DNA of 64,000 nucleotides from Raillietiella orientalis. Taxonomy: Eukaryota. The notes beneath the pieces were generated by a model. That model did not search any database and had not been told where the DNA came from. It saw only the letters and a list, made by a program, of their open reading frames with translations. Below, piece after piece: positions 11,318 to 24,415 of this stretch. The stretch is taken from positions 1,116,001-1,180,000 of the forward strand of contig JAYWIR010000048.1 in the NCBI GenBank assembly GCA_036172245.1, given 5' to 3'. The position numbers were made by a program, and so were the translations under genes. Positions within the stretch are counted from its first letter, which is position 1. Each line of letters opens with the position of its first letter.

Positions 11318-14300
11318 TTCAATACCGTTAGAATGCCCGCTCAGAGAGAGGAAATATTGTTAGCTGCTAGATGGGTTTCCAGAAACGCTAGAAATCTAGA
11401 AAACTAGCGGGAAATCCGCTAAATTGGCAACCCTGACTGGAGCCATTGGATGGGTTGCCAAGTGCGAGCAGCAGGCGGGAGGAAAGCGCGACCGACCAGC
11501 CGCTGCTAAAAGATCAGGGACCAGCGACAACCGCGCGCTGGTCCGGGCCGTTGGGCCCTTTGGGATGGCACGCAAAGTGCGAGGGGGAGCACGTCCGCGG
11601 GGGTTTGACTGTGGAGCCGGACTCGACAGAAAGGTCCTCGAGCGTCCGGAGGAGCGGACGCAACCCATCTTCTGCTTCCACGAAGAGAACAGGTCACCGG
11701 CACGAGCTAGGGCGCCTCCCCGCTCCCCCTTCCTTTCCTAGGGGGTTCCATCAGTTTGCGCACAGTGGGTTCTTCACGGAAGACGACTAGCAGGGGGCCC
11801 ATTGGGCATCCCTGCTTCGCTCCCTCTCCATATCTCGGTAAATCACCAATTTCCGCCCCCCCCGCATTAATCACATGCTCTTTGTTTCGTATATTTATTT
11901 ATCTCCCCCTTACTTTAAAGCGCAGGGCGGGGTCCACCCCGAGCGGAAGCTGTTGGACGGGTCTCCCGCCGATGGCCGTGACCGCTCGAGGCCGGCCCCC
12001 TCCTCCTCCTTAATTGTTTGTTTGTTGTTTTCCATAAACGCCCCAGGGGTTGACCGGATCAAGAAGCGCCTGCTGGAAAGAGTTCTCCTGTCTCTCCGGG
12101 TGCCTCACCAGCTGACCCGTCGAATCGGTCCGATTCGGAGAGAGGGATGAAAAGAGAGCCTCAGGGCGCTCGCGGACGGACTGGGATCTCAGCCGATGAC
12201 AGCGTCCTGCTTCCTCGCGCTCGGGAGCAGGCGGAGGGAGGCGGTCGTCTTACCGCCATGGCTGACACGTAGCCGGCGCCGCCATCACCTGCAAAGGGGG
12301 TGAGCAGCCGGCAGCAGCTCCCCGTTTCTTCCCCTTACTCTCCTACTCGGCACAAGTTATCTGGGGTGACGCTCATCCTTGTCAGTCTGCCTCATCTCAC
12401 CCCTATTTGTTCACCACTTTCCTGGCTTCCTTCCCTCGTACCCTACTCCCTCCCTCTGTCCCCGTCAGAACTCGGTCCCGTTTACTTTCACCCCAAGAGG
12501 GACCCATCTGACCAGGGATTCCCCCTCGATGCAGGCCCGCCGCAAGGCAGGCACGGCCTCGGAACCAGGTGCGGGTCCGGGACTGGATCAGCAGGGCCGC
12601 AAACCGGGATGGGATCCTGGCGGCGGTCCGGGCGCTCTTGGATCTTGTCACGCGGGAGAGGGCGGGGAGGTGGCGACGAGTCCTCCTCCCGGAGCCACCG
12701 GGTCCACCGAACGCAGAAACGCGGGGACGGCGGCCTCGGGCAGCAGGAAGGAGGCTAGGGAACCCCCTCCTTCTCTCTTTCCCTCTGCCTGTTCCTCCCC
12801 GAACCCACCCACATCATCTGGAAGGCCCGTTCCCTCTTCTTGAAGGAACAGCCGGCTTCCCGGAAGCAGAAGGCCCCTCCGGGGCGCGCTTGCTCGGAAC
12901 GGGCAGGTGGGCTCGCGCAGCAGGAACTAGGGACTCGACAGGACCCGAGGAGAGGGACCGTCCGCCGCCTGAGGCGCAGCACCTCCTCGGGGAGACAAGG
13001 CGAAGCCGCGGGGGGAAGTCGGGGACGGGCCAGGAGAAGGAAGGGGTCGCCATGCTCCCAGTCCTCCCGGTCCTCGACCCGCGCGTGGTGCGAGGGTCGA
13101 CCTCCTCTTCCTTGCCTCTGGGGTCAGTTGGGGACGCCCTACCGCTCTACGCCCTGCCAAGATCAGGAGGATCACCTGGTCAGGAGGAGGGCGGTCTCGC
13201 GCCTGCTTCTGGCGCGGCGCCGGCGCGACGCACCTGCCCGGATGCCACGGGCACAGAACCAGGTCGCTGCCTCGATCAGATAAGAAAGTCCGTCCGAAGC
13301 GGAGGGACGTTGCTGCATGAATCCTCCTTGAAAGAGCTGTCCGAGAGGGAAAGCGCTCCCGGCTCGGAGGAGGGGGAACTATAGGAGGTGCCGGGAGGCT
13401 TCCGATCCGCGCCTTTCGCGGCTCGAGGAGGCCGCCTTCTCCCTGGCCAGGTGATGGCGGTTCCCGCTGCGCGCCAGTCAGTGGGAAGGCGACCGCCACC
13501 CTCTTTCCGCTCGGGGAATGGGAAGGAAATGGAGGGCTGTCACTGGTTGGGACGCTCCTCCTCCCCTCTTGCATAAGAGTCCCGGCATGCTCTTCTTCGG
13601 CGCACCTCGCGGGAGAGCGGTGGCGACCGAGGGCGGTGGCTCCCTCCCTCCCTTGGGTGGTGGCGCCCACACTTTTCTCAAGAAACTTTTGGGCAGAAGG
13701 CGTGTCGACGCCGAGTCGACCGGGCGAGGATCCGAGTGCGATGCCGCCGGTCTTCCGGAACGGCAGGGACGCAACCGCGCCCGCAGGATAGTAGCGACGA
13801 GGAGGAGGGAGAGGGGAAGGCGATTCCCTGGTCACTCCAGGCGGTCGGCAGTAAGGCAGGAGCCCAGTATTCTTCTTCCCGGAAGGCGTCATCGGGGGGA
13901 GGGGACCACGCTGTTGCGACGCTGATCTCGGTCCCCGTCTCTGGGGCATGGTAGGGCACCGAGTTCCGGAGGAAGATCCACCCCATCAGCGAGGCGACTG
14001 GGAATGGACAACAGTTCGTCGTTCGTTCCTACCGGGAGGGGGGCGTCCCGCGTTCAAGGGCGGTGGCGACCTGACCGGTGCCTCGCCCTTGAGGGTGTTC
14101 GCGGAGGACCGTGTCGGTTCGGAGCTACCGCATGGTGGGTCCCTCTCCCCAGACGTCCCGCGAATCCATGAGATCAGCGTTCTCCTGGGGCGGCGCTGTG
14201 AAGTCACCGTGTCGTCGCGCGCAGGTCCCGTAGGACCTCCCGAAAGGTCTCGGCTTTGCTACCTCTCTTCCTGGAAGCGACTCTATCTTGGACTCTTCCC

Positions 14301-16610
14301 GCTCGGACTCCTGCATCCCCCGATGATGGAGAGAGCATGGGTCAACGAACGTAGTCGTAGGAAGCGGCGAGAAGCTTCCGATGGCCGGGGAAACCCAGCA
14401 TTCGGCATCTGCTACATCTTTCGGAAACTGAGCCAAACCTCGCAAACTTTCGGGCTCGCCGCTGGATGGGAGGGAAGGGAACACGTGGGGGGGTGGAGGG
14501 AGGACGGAAGACCGAATGCATTCAGCGAGATGAGGAGGCTGCGGTTCACCGGTCGGAGGCCATTGAGCAGACGATGTGAGAGGGTCGTCCGCAGCTTGGG
14601 CAGGCGACGCTCTTGCGTGATTGCAGGATCCCCCTTTCTTCGTCTTGGGGGACCACGAGCGAATCCTGCGATTATCAGAGGGGAAGGTCCTTCCTCGCCG
14701 CCTAAGGAAAAACCGTCCAGATTTCGGGAATTGAAGAGAAAACGAGCTCGCCGCTTTCCTCTTTTCAGGAAAGAGAAATGGACCCTTGTCCACTGAAGGA
14801 CACCTTCCTGGAGGCCTCTTGCCTGCTTTCCCCTTGGCTCCGGAGAGCCTCGACGGTGGAAGTCCATCCAGGACGTCTCAGTTAAGAGGAAAGGGCACAG
14901 GAAGGAGAGGAACAGCTAGGCAAACAATTCTTTAATTCTGTAAAGAGTTAAAGAATCAATGTTATATCCTTTACAATCAATGATTGCTGTAATCAGTGGT
15001 ACGAACAATTGCAGAATGCAGAATGGAAGAATTGTTTGTCAGAAGAATTACCACTTGATTGCGATGATAAAGTTGAAGGACGCAGGTACTCTCTATTTGC
15101 CAAAAGGGGAAATATGGGATGAACGAGTCCACGTGAAACTCCAACTTTGAGCTATATATTCTCTTCGTGACTGGGAACGAAATCTAATTCGAAAGCATGT
15201 AACCAAAAATTCAACATATCAGTGGATTGAACATTCGAAATGAAGAATGTGGACTGTGCCCTTTAACGTCGAAGCAGGGCGACAGAGAAGGGGGAATCTT
15301 TCTCCTGTCTCCCGTTTAATATTTTGAGCAGTGCTCGGGAAAGAAAATGGAAAAAAATGGTGCTAGTGCATCTTGTTCAGAGAAGTCTTCTATCCATCCG
15401 GAGGAACAATCAAAGAACTCTTTTGAAGATACTCTGATTTAATTTTTATTGTAATGATCATAGTGACTCTAGATGAAGAAGAAGAGAAAATGATTGATCA
15501 AGTCCGTTGATCCTTGGATGTGCAAACATAATCGCCACTTTTCTTTATTACTATTTATTATTTAATGCTTGTATAAACCTCAAGCTAAACGAAAAGTCAT
15601 CGATTTCTGAAGAGATACTCTTCCGATATATGTAAAAAGCACAAAATCAACAAATTCAAGGTTGCATTTTCGGAATGGCACTCAGCTGACTAAGTATCAA
15701 TATAGTAATAATCTACTTATGAAGCAATCAGAAAGATCTGTGAAGGACTGACTTCGGGAACGCACTGAACAAAGGGTATCCTGGAAAGGAGCATACCATG
15801 CATTTCTTTACTAATCAAATCAGGATTAAAACTTTTGAATCGAAAAAATTCAAAATCGACTGTCTGGAATGGATTGTCGCCAGCATCCGTTATCGTGAGA
15901 CGGCTTAATAGTGTCTCAGGATGACGGATTGTCGAAACTTGCTTTGCCTGGGTTGCCGTAGACATTTTGACTCCGTGCCGTGCGTCAGGCGTGCCAGCTG
16001 CATTTTTCCAACTTCTGCTCCATTTTCCGTAGGGGCGAAGTGCTTCCCGGAGAAATCCGTTCAGCTCACATCGATGCAGGATCGATCAGTCGATCCTCCA
16101 CAGTAAGAAATCGATGGGACTGTGGTCCTGAATGCTCGGTGCGGTAGATCACGTCTTGCTTTTTGTCTTTTTGTGAGTTTTTTTTTTTTTTTTTTTTTTC
16201 TAGGAGGAGCGAACTGCACGGGAATTTGAATTGGGATGCGTAAGGGCGTACGCATCTTTGGTTCTATGCTGAGTATGTGGTTCTCCTTGCACGAGATTCG
16301 AGGCTTCTACGTAAACGGTTTGCTCTAACCGTTTCGTGAAGGACGTTCATATCTCCTAAATGCATTCTCCTCCCATGCGTTTGTGAAAATCGTAAAGAAC
16401 CGAATGTGCCAATCTCTTAAACACACCCGTCAAGCAATGCATCTTCATCGGTTGGCTGCCGTACAGGCTGATTGCATGCGTTTGTGACGTACGCTTTCAA
16501 GTGGACACACTCCAAACATTTTAATCCTTGTTACGGAACGTTTTCAGCTTTTGTATTGCATGCCTGCAGCAACTGAAGTGTGGGAATCGTTTTAGAATTT
16601 CCAATTGGAA

Positions 16611-17943
16611 ATGAGTGAGGACAAGGAGCTGAAAGACCTGGTTGTTGAAGTATTGAGAAAAAATGGTACTTTGGGAAAAATAAAGGTCTGTGTGGAAATT
16701 CACTCCTAACTTTCATCCACTGTCATACTTATCGAATACAGGTTAAAATAAATCAGTGAGATAATGTACTTCCATCGTGCCATTGCTAGACCAAAAAATA
16801 ATGCAATAAAACAGAAAAACTATGTGCACTTTATTTCCTTAATTCTATTTCCAGGCTGAACTGAAGGCAAATGTTTATTTTGCACTAGAACAGCACAAAC
16901 ACTTGAAAGTAAGTTTTGTCTTTTTGTGTTTACCTGTAAAATGTCATTAATTTTTATTTCAGGAAAGAGCCTTGTTCCAGAATCCCGAACTAAGAAGCTT
17001 TCTGCTTACCCAGGAAGGAATCATTGTAGCCTCACTGGTCCAGGATTTTTTGCAGACATTCAACCTACAATTTTCTCTCAATGTCTTTAATTCAGAAACT
17101 TACACTAGTGAAGAATTCAACGTACTTAACAGGAATGCTCTTTCCAGAATGCTGAATCTCCCAAATGTAGGTAAACATACACAAATTGCAAGATTAGTGT
17201 ATTTGAGGTGTTTTAATGTTTTCATCAATTATTTTAGACAAGCAACCACTACTGAAGCATATAATCGACATAAAGAGAGATAAAACTGTGCTATTTCCTG
17301 AACACTCTGAGATGGAAGTTCAAAATTCTGAAACTCCTCACATGGAGAAACATGGTATTCACACTGAATATATGCATCAGCAGCTTGAAAGTGCTATTAC
17401 ATCTTCACTCACAGAAAACCGAAACAAGAATTATGCCACAGATAACATCAAACACTCTATAATGTGAGTGTAGGCAGTGTTATATGCTATGGATTCTCAT
17501 TTTTCTCAGAAAAGAAATTGAAAACTCAGAAATAGCAAGTGCTGCAGTATCTAATTCAAGAGCTATAACTTCAAGCAGTTTACCTTTACTGAAAAATTTT
17601 AAACACAATGCTAATCGTGATAATTTGCATGATCTGCAGAAACTATTTGTCTCAACGGAACATCAGAATCAACAAGAAGCCATGTCTGAATCAGAAACAC
17701 CTGTAGTCCCCATGTGTGAAAAGCATTCAAAAGATGGGCAGTGCAATTCTGCAGATGATAGCATATACAGCATAACTGAAGGTCCTTTAATTGGATCATC
17801 ACTAGATGACTTATCATATTTACAGGTTCGTTAAGCCGCTTTTATTTGAAGTTATAGTGTCCTTATAGGAGCAGCACCAGTTTGAAGATCAGTCTGTTTC
17901 CCATCCATCAGGCATAGGTAATGACTACATGGAAAGTGTCTGA
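16611..17943 (+). CDS. FGFR1OP: FGFR1 oncogene partner / CEP43-like centrosomal protein (LisH/FOP dimerisation domain), ~317 aa; exons 16611-16685, 16855-16908, 16963-17170, 17238-17463, 17510-17825, 17869-17943
   Basis: MSEDKELKDLVVEVLRKNGTLGKIK|AELKANVYFALEQ...EGIIVASLVQDFLQTFNLQFSLNVFNSE is the FOP N-terminus; C-terminal 'DQSVS..S...DYMESV*' matches the FOP tail; all five introns GT-AG with consistent phases; AATAAA at ~18092. Confidence 0.9.
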
Positions 17944-19349
17944 TGCAAGGACACAAATTGTTATGCACATTAGTTCCCTTCACAGTCTGTTTCTTTCCCT
18001 ACGCAGTCTATCGGAATAAGTACGTGATACCAAATTCCAAGCATCCATGTATCTATCCATGCACATGCTGATGCATTTCTAAATGTGGGGCAATAAAAAT
18101 AATGCAAGCAGTGTTTTTTTTTTTTTTTTTAATTACCTGTTCTGAGCTGTCAAGAGCTGTTCCTGGCTTTGTAATGCATTTTCTGAAGCATTTACTTGAC
18201 ATTTTCTTTTTCATAAAAAAACAGCAAACTATTACCATTTGTGGAGAAACAAGACTTTTCACAAGATGTTTTTACAAGCATTGTTGCTGTTTATACTATC
18301 TACTAATTCAAGTTACATTTGTAAACAATCTCTATGGTTATCAAACCGCTAATGAGCATTTATTAATTACCCATTGATACGTAAGTGAACATTTTTCTTC
18401 AACTAACCGTTAATAATTCTTGGGCATTCGCCACGGCTATCTGTTGTTTTACTTGTTCCATTAACTCTTCTTTCTGGCTCCCAGTTAGCTGACCGCTTGC
18501 TAGTGAATCCATTTACAAATTATTTGAATGAAACTAAATTATTCAAAAGTCCAAAGAACACCAATCAGTATAGGTAAGGGTAAAGGTGGGCATGTGATTT
18601 CGTGCCGAAGGAAGCTTGCATGGAATGCCAAATCGCATTTTTTTTTTTTTCTCTATTCATTCGAAATTTCACCTAAAAATTGAAAACTCTCATACAAAGT
18701 CTTGAAACTAAAAAAAAATCAATCTATGAATTCATGTTTTATTTATTTACCAAACAAAGTTGTATGCTTGTGTAAATCCGTTTCAAGACAAAATGTCCAT
18801 TTGATAAGAATTTCACAGTAGACTAAAGTGTGGAAAACGTACCGTTTCATTTATTTTTTTCAAAATACCGATCAGTACTACAAAATGAAATCATTTTTCT
18901 AGATAGAACTTAACATTGTAAGCAAAACCTAAAAGTAACCTAAAGTAACCACAGAATTTCAAATGCATCTAGAATGAAACTTGGAAGGAAATCACAGCTG
19001 GAATTGTGAATGAATACAGTTGAATTTCTCCTGAGAAATAGACGAGCTCTTCAGGTGATACTGAAAAATTTAGCTTTATTATACTGAGAAAACAGAAGTT
19101 CTAGAAAATTCTGATTCTTTAAAATATTTAAAAAGCTACTTTTCGTTATTCTGTTGCAGATAAAATAAGACAAATTCGTCTACCTGCTCGAATGTCAATG
19201 AATCTTCTCAGTAATGTAATTGCTCTGTAACAAAATTACAGCCAAGAATACATCTAATGTTTCAAAACTAGAAAGTGAAATCAGAGGCAAGGAATATGAT
19301 AAAAGTGAGCCATAAATCTAGTTGCAAGACTTAGACCCTTCAAACTACT

Positions 19350-19383
19350 AGTCTTAATGGTTTTGGAAGAAACCATTAAGACT
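19350..19383. repeat. Perfect 14-bp inverted repeat with 6-nt loop
   Basis: agtcttaatggttt (19350-19363) / aaaccattaagact (19370-19383). Confidence 0.85.
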
Positions 19384-20349
19384 TCAAAACTTTAGTTCTA
19401 AGAACTCAGAGAACGCTAATATTTTAAAAGCTGGATCCAAAGAAAAAGATAAATTTAACATAGAAAGGCAAAAACTATAATACACTGATAGTTGAAAGAT
19501 ACTAAAAAAAGAAATAATCAGATGCATTAAGGCATCCATGCTTTACATAAGTTTTGTGATTGCATGCAACAATTAACTGCATATCTTCAGTTTTTTTATA
19601 AGCGATCTGATATTTATAAAACGCTCCATTTCAACTATTAACTTGGAGTTCCTGGACTGTACCATGAATTATCTATGAGAAATCGTATATTATCATGTAG
19701 GAAAGTTTGCATTTTATTGTCTTGAGTTTGGTGATTTCCTGAAAATCAGCAAACTCAAGTTGCTACAATCCATTTGCATTCAATTTTGCAGCAAGCCGGA
19801 TTTCTTTCAAGCAAAGGAAAACTCCTGGAGATGCACCACGAACTTTTTGTTTAGGTGCAAATGATTCTCCTTTCGATGAAATGCTTCTGATTTGTTAACA
19901 GAGGCTTGTCGATCACAGTGAAAACAGCATAGTGGTTATGTGATATATTTGATGACAGTAATGCGAGGCGATCATTGTACCTCAGGCAAAAACGAGATTA
20001 CTGAATGAAGATTTGTGTGGACATGATAGCAAAGAATTATGTATGACCACGCATTTCAAATTCGTAGATTCGGAATTTTGTAATGAAGTATGGGAATTCT
20101 GTTAATGAAAAGTTTGAATATCCTGGGGACGAGCACAATATGGTTGCATGCAAATAAATGAACCTGCGTCGATCACTTAAGTGCTTCATGTGATCGAATT
20201 TTCATTAATTTGTGCTGTAACAGAGAAGGTTGTATCATACACACACTGTTGAATAGTAGTTTGGCTAGCTTTATCAGGACAAAAAATATATGAGATGATA
20301 AACAGACGTGAAGCATCATCTTCATCAACTCTGAAATGAGAAATACTTG

Positions 20350-21150
20350 GGAAAGGGGAGTTTTAATTAGAGTAAATTCAACAGCTCAAGAAAAGCATCA
20401 GATGACTTCGAAACATAACAAAGATAACGGCATTTCCAAGGGAAAGTATTGGACACAGCAACAAAAAGGGAAAAATGAGAGCGATTCTCCAGAGATTGGG
20501 AAGGTTTATTTTCTATTATGTTCTTCCAGCTGGAGGGATTTTCTTGAAACTCGCAAGTTACCTGGAGTGTGGATCGAAAAAAAAAAAAGACGCACAAGCA
20601 TACAAAAACTCGTAAATAATGGAACAAACACATAGAGATTACTCCGAAAAAATTCTTTCCGTGCTTTCACTGAATACCAGTTGAATACAATAAAAATTAT
20701 ACATGAAGAATTAATGGTTTATGCATATTTCAAGATGCCCATCCTGATGTGCGTCGCGAAGAAGCCTTTGCGTTGGAATGTGAAAGATTTTCACAAATGA
20801 AAGGTAACACTCGCCAAGGTGGCCATTCGATCAGCACAAGCAAATGTACCATTTCGCTCATGAGCAGTGTCCAATGCGAAAGGCTGTGCACGTCAAAATA
20901 TCGAAGTGGTTGCGTTGAAGCAGCTGTACTTACTGTACCTACGGTCTGTCGGTCGCTTGTTGTACATCGGAAGCACCAATGACTGATTGCTGGTTGTTGA
21001 ACTTCTTCACCGGAACCCCTCATTTGCTTCATTCGAATAGTCCTCATTTAAATAGGCTCCACGACTGCAGCTCTGACTTCACCGGCAAGTGATGAACTGT
21101 GTCGTAAATTGAGCCTTCATGGAAGGCCACGACTGACGGAACAAATGTGC
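20350..21150 (-). mobile_element. Highly decayed piggyBac-like transposase remnant
   Basis: Minus-strand pieces 'LRYFD', 'NGTFACA', 'INSSCII', 'KEF', 'HTP' and a Cys-rich 'TFPWKCRYLCY....CF' occur in the order expected for the piggyBac catalytic region and C-terminal cysteine-rich domain. Confidence 0.4.
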
Positions 21151-21849
21151 TTTCCACAGAGGCTTTTCTGAGAAGCAATCCAAGGTGGTTTGCATCCGTC
21201 TGCGGTGCCGGCTAACTCGCAATGGGACTCGGACATTGCTGTTGAGAAGGAGGAGAAAACAAGCGTAATAAAAACAAAAGGAGAAATGGTTAGGTAATAA
21301 ATGTATCTTATTTCAGCAGCACGGGTTTGTCAGCCAGCGCAAACATTGGGCACACCGATAACAGCAGACGAATTGCCGTCTGCCGTGAAAGAAAAGACCA
21401 AGAGATTTCATATATCTCCGGAAATGAATGAGGGCAATAAAATGCATTTCACCAGTCACTGCATTTTTTCCCAAACATCCGTGCTACATGTGAGATAAAC
21501 CAAGAGTTCGGATTCAAAGTTCGGAAGACTCCACTGCAGCTGTGGATTATTATTTTTGCAGGTGCGCAGCACTGCAGATGAACTCAGACTGGGCTGAAGA
21601 AGAAGAACAAGAGAGAGGGAGGGGGAGAGAAACGCGATGTGGAGCAAAACAGAATCGGAATGGAAAACATGGGTTTCGTTCAGAACCAAGGAAGGGACTC
21701 CCCAAATCTGCTGATGGCACCGCCTGTGCATCTGTTCCTGCATCGTTCAGCAAGAGCTTCGTACACTCCATAGATGCAGTTTCTTCGCGGATGCTGCGGG
21801 GTCGGACGTTCACTAATTCAAGGGAACCGACTTACCAGTTTTCCCGTCC

Positions 21850-21970
21850 AAAGTGAAGGGAACGCTCCGCTCCGCATCAAGCCGAGATGCTGCAGGAGCA
21901 AGGAATGGTTCCCTTGCGCCGGCAAGGAAGAAGGGAATTTTTCCATGCCAAGAAAGGATGAACTCGGAAC
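21850..21970 (-). mobile_element. Possible hAT transposase C-terminal dimerisation remnant
   Basis: 'EKFP...' and 'LAPAASRLDAERSV' resemble FP.L..LA...L..P.SS..AERSFS. Confidence 0.35.
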
Positions 21971-23157
21971 TGATTGGCTGACCTTTCCACGGATTAATTC
22001 GAAATGCGGGTCCATCTCGGCTAGATCAAGAATTGGCTTTCTTCTGTGACGCAGTAGAAACCTCCGACGACCTGAAGCCGAGCTACGGCAAAGCCGAACT
22101 GGTTTGCCCTCAGATGCTGCTCCGGGGAGGCACCTGTAAGCAAGAGGAGACTTCGTGGTCCGTCACGTCTGCCTGCCTCGGCTGCTCACAGTCCCAAAGA
22201 GCCCGCTGAACACATCCACGAGCAAGAAATGCATGAAGGGAATACATTAAACGCACTCCCCATACACCTGCTTTGATCGGTTCCAACAGGTGACTTTCCC
22301 TTGATTCCATCAAAACCAAAGTATGTAACTCTCCAATGTATTGGCCGATGGAAAATCAGATGTTTCGCAGTCTACAGCACTCTCCCATGCCCTCTGTGGG
22401 TCGTGGCATTGCCTGGACGTTTCACTTCCTCCGGTGGAAGAACGTTGGGTGGAGCCCTGATTTACTGGACCATCTTTAGTGGTCACGAAGTGAACATTTC
22501 GGTGTTGTTCTGGTGATCAGCTTGGCTTTTTGGGACATCTGAATCTTTAGCAGCTTCTCTTTAATATCCGCTCCGTGAAATCGTATGATAAACGATGAAA
22601 CAAGGAATTCTGGATCTGACCGTAATGAACGTTTCCGTCCTCACAGAATCCTTTGACGATTGGAAAGTTGTTCTTTACCGGCTTTACTCAATCGCGTACA
22701 TGATGACGTATTTTATTACGAAAAAGGGAAGTGGTTTAGAGACTGTTCCACATGTCTTTGACACATTCAGGCGTTCGCGATTTGTCCCAGTGAATTGAAG
22801 ATGTTAAGAAGAATGACTTTATTCGAAATGTAATTCTTGACAGCTGCAATCGTTTCTTTTCTTCCTGAAAAACTTGCAAGGGTGCTTATCCCTTAGGAGA
22901 TAATATGCGAGGGATGTTTTTTGATTTGCGGTCGAAACTGAGCGAATACGAGGCTCCGCTTTTTTTGTCAGGAATTGAGGCGATGAATCTCGATAGTTGG
23001 GAAAAATTGGTCATCAAGGTCAGTCGCCTGCACAAAAGAGAACCACTTTTTTTTCGAAAGCGCTGCAAAAAAAATACCTCGTCTCATAGGACAGATAAAA
23101 CACCCTGCGGTTTTGGTGGCGTGGTAAAAAGATGATTCCAGAGTTCTAATATATGTA

Positions 23158-24059
23158 CGAGGCTCATTTCAAAAGTAAGGGCGGATCGGATATAGAGAAA
23201 GAATGGAAAAGAGAAACGAAAATGCATTGGTGGTTAGAAAAAGACATATGTCCCCATGTCATTTTTTTCCCAAACACTTTTGATACCCTTGGAAGAAGCT
23301 TTTTGAAGCCCTCTTCGTAAAATTGCGCCGCCTGGGGGTTCGGTCAGCTCAGCAGCACTGCGGTTTTCAGCTCCTCCTCGCTCCCTCCCTTCGGATGGTT
23401 GAGCCACTTCTAGAGGTGCAGGAAGGGAGACGTGGTGGCCATCGGGCACGCGGTCAGGACAGGGTGATGAAAAAGTTCCCATTCGAATTGTCTGGAAATG
23501 CCTGGGACGTGGGGACAGACAGCACGTGTTGTCAAGGCGCGCGCTGTCGTGAAGGAGAAGGACCGTTGCTGATCTCAGCATCCCACGCCGTCGGTGCTGA
23601 ATGGCAAGCAGCAGTTTGGAAAGTGTTTCGGAGGAGAGTGATGGCCAACTGATGGTTGCCATAAGGTCCACCAAAAGCGCACCCTTTTGGTCCCACACAC
23701 TGCTGTCCCCACGTCCCAGACAATTCGGAAATTCAAACGGGAACTTTTGCATTACCCTGCCCTGACCGCGTGCCCAATGGCCACCACGTCTCCCTTCCTG
23801 CACCTCCAGAAGTGGCTCTACCAATCGTGGGGAGGGTGAGGAGGAGTTGAAAACCGCAGTGCTGCTGAGCTGACCGAACCCCCAGGCGGCGCAATTTTAC
23901 GCAGAGGGCTTCAAAAAGCTTCTTCCAGGGGTATCAAAAGTGTTTGGGAAAAAAATGACATGGGGACATATGTCTTTTTCTAACCACCAATGCATTTTCG
24001 TTTCTCTTTTCCATTCTTTCTCTATATCCGATCCGCCCTTACTTTTGAAATGAGCCTCG
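23158..24059. mobile_element. Palindromic mariner derivative built from two inverted transposase 3' ends
   Basis: TA at 23156-23157 and 24060-24061; ends cgaggctcatttcaaaagtaagg; ~360-bp inverted arms; decayed mariner motifs 'KGALLVD', 'AIQHRRRG', 'LLLHDSAR' (HDNAR), 'FEWELFHHP/PD', 'EEELKTAV', 'FYAEGFKKL..GYQKCL'. Confidence 0.9.
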
Positions 24060-24367
24060 TACATATATATATATATTCGTAAACCGCAATGTGCAGCTGC
24101 TGATTTTCGGTTTTTGGTGAGGTTTTACTGAAGACTGAGCCACACAAGAAATTCTTGATTGTGGAATCAACCAACTTAAAAATAGCTTTTATTAACACTT
24201 CTTCGCAGACGACGGGGCACATTTTTGAACAGATGAAGAACGGAGTCCAACGGCAGAAGCTGTACGGCCCTTTAATAGATTGCGGTTCGAAGTAGACCGG
24301 AAGGTGGGAAGCAGGCGATCCACGGGAGCCAACCGGAGGCACCGAGGTGGACGTGTCCAGCGTGCAC

Positions 24368-24415
24368 TTTCCACGTGGGTGCCCCTTCGGCGCTGCCACT
24401 GCAGCTTACGAAATC
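24368..24415 (+). pseudogene. Possible glycoside hydrolase family 1 N-terminal motif fragment
   Basis: FPRGCPFGAATAAYEI vs GH1 consensus FPxxFxFGxATAAYQIEG; no other GH1 motifs seen nearby. Confidence 0.4.

Larger units (their letters stand above)
6809..11435. mobile_element. Non-autonomous hAT/P-type TIR element (4.6 kb) carrying nested inserts
   Basis: Perfect 12-bp TIR cagggttgccaa (6809-6820) / ttggcaaccctg (11424-11435); flanking 8-mers actggaac (6801-6808) and actggagc (11436-11443) match 7/8, consistent with a TSD; subterminal ctag/tagcgg..ccgcta repeats at the right end. Confidence 0.75.

Noticed and set aside
11294..11360. Hammerhead ribozyme core CTGATGA
   Set aside because: No stem II closed by CGAAA and no matching stems; the motif lies in the MITE subterminus
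19640..20160. Mariner N-terminal remnant
   Set aside because: Suggestive (..FLQAKGK..) but too decayed, and no TIR found
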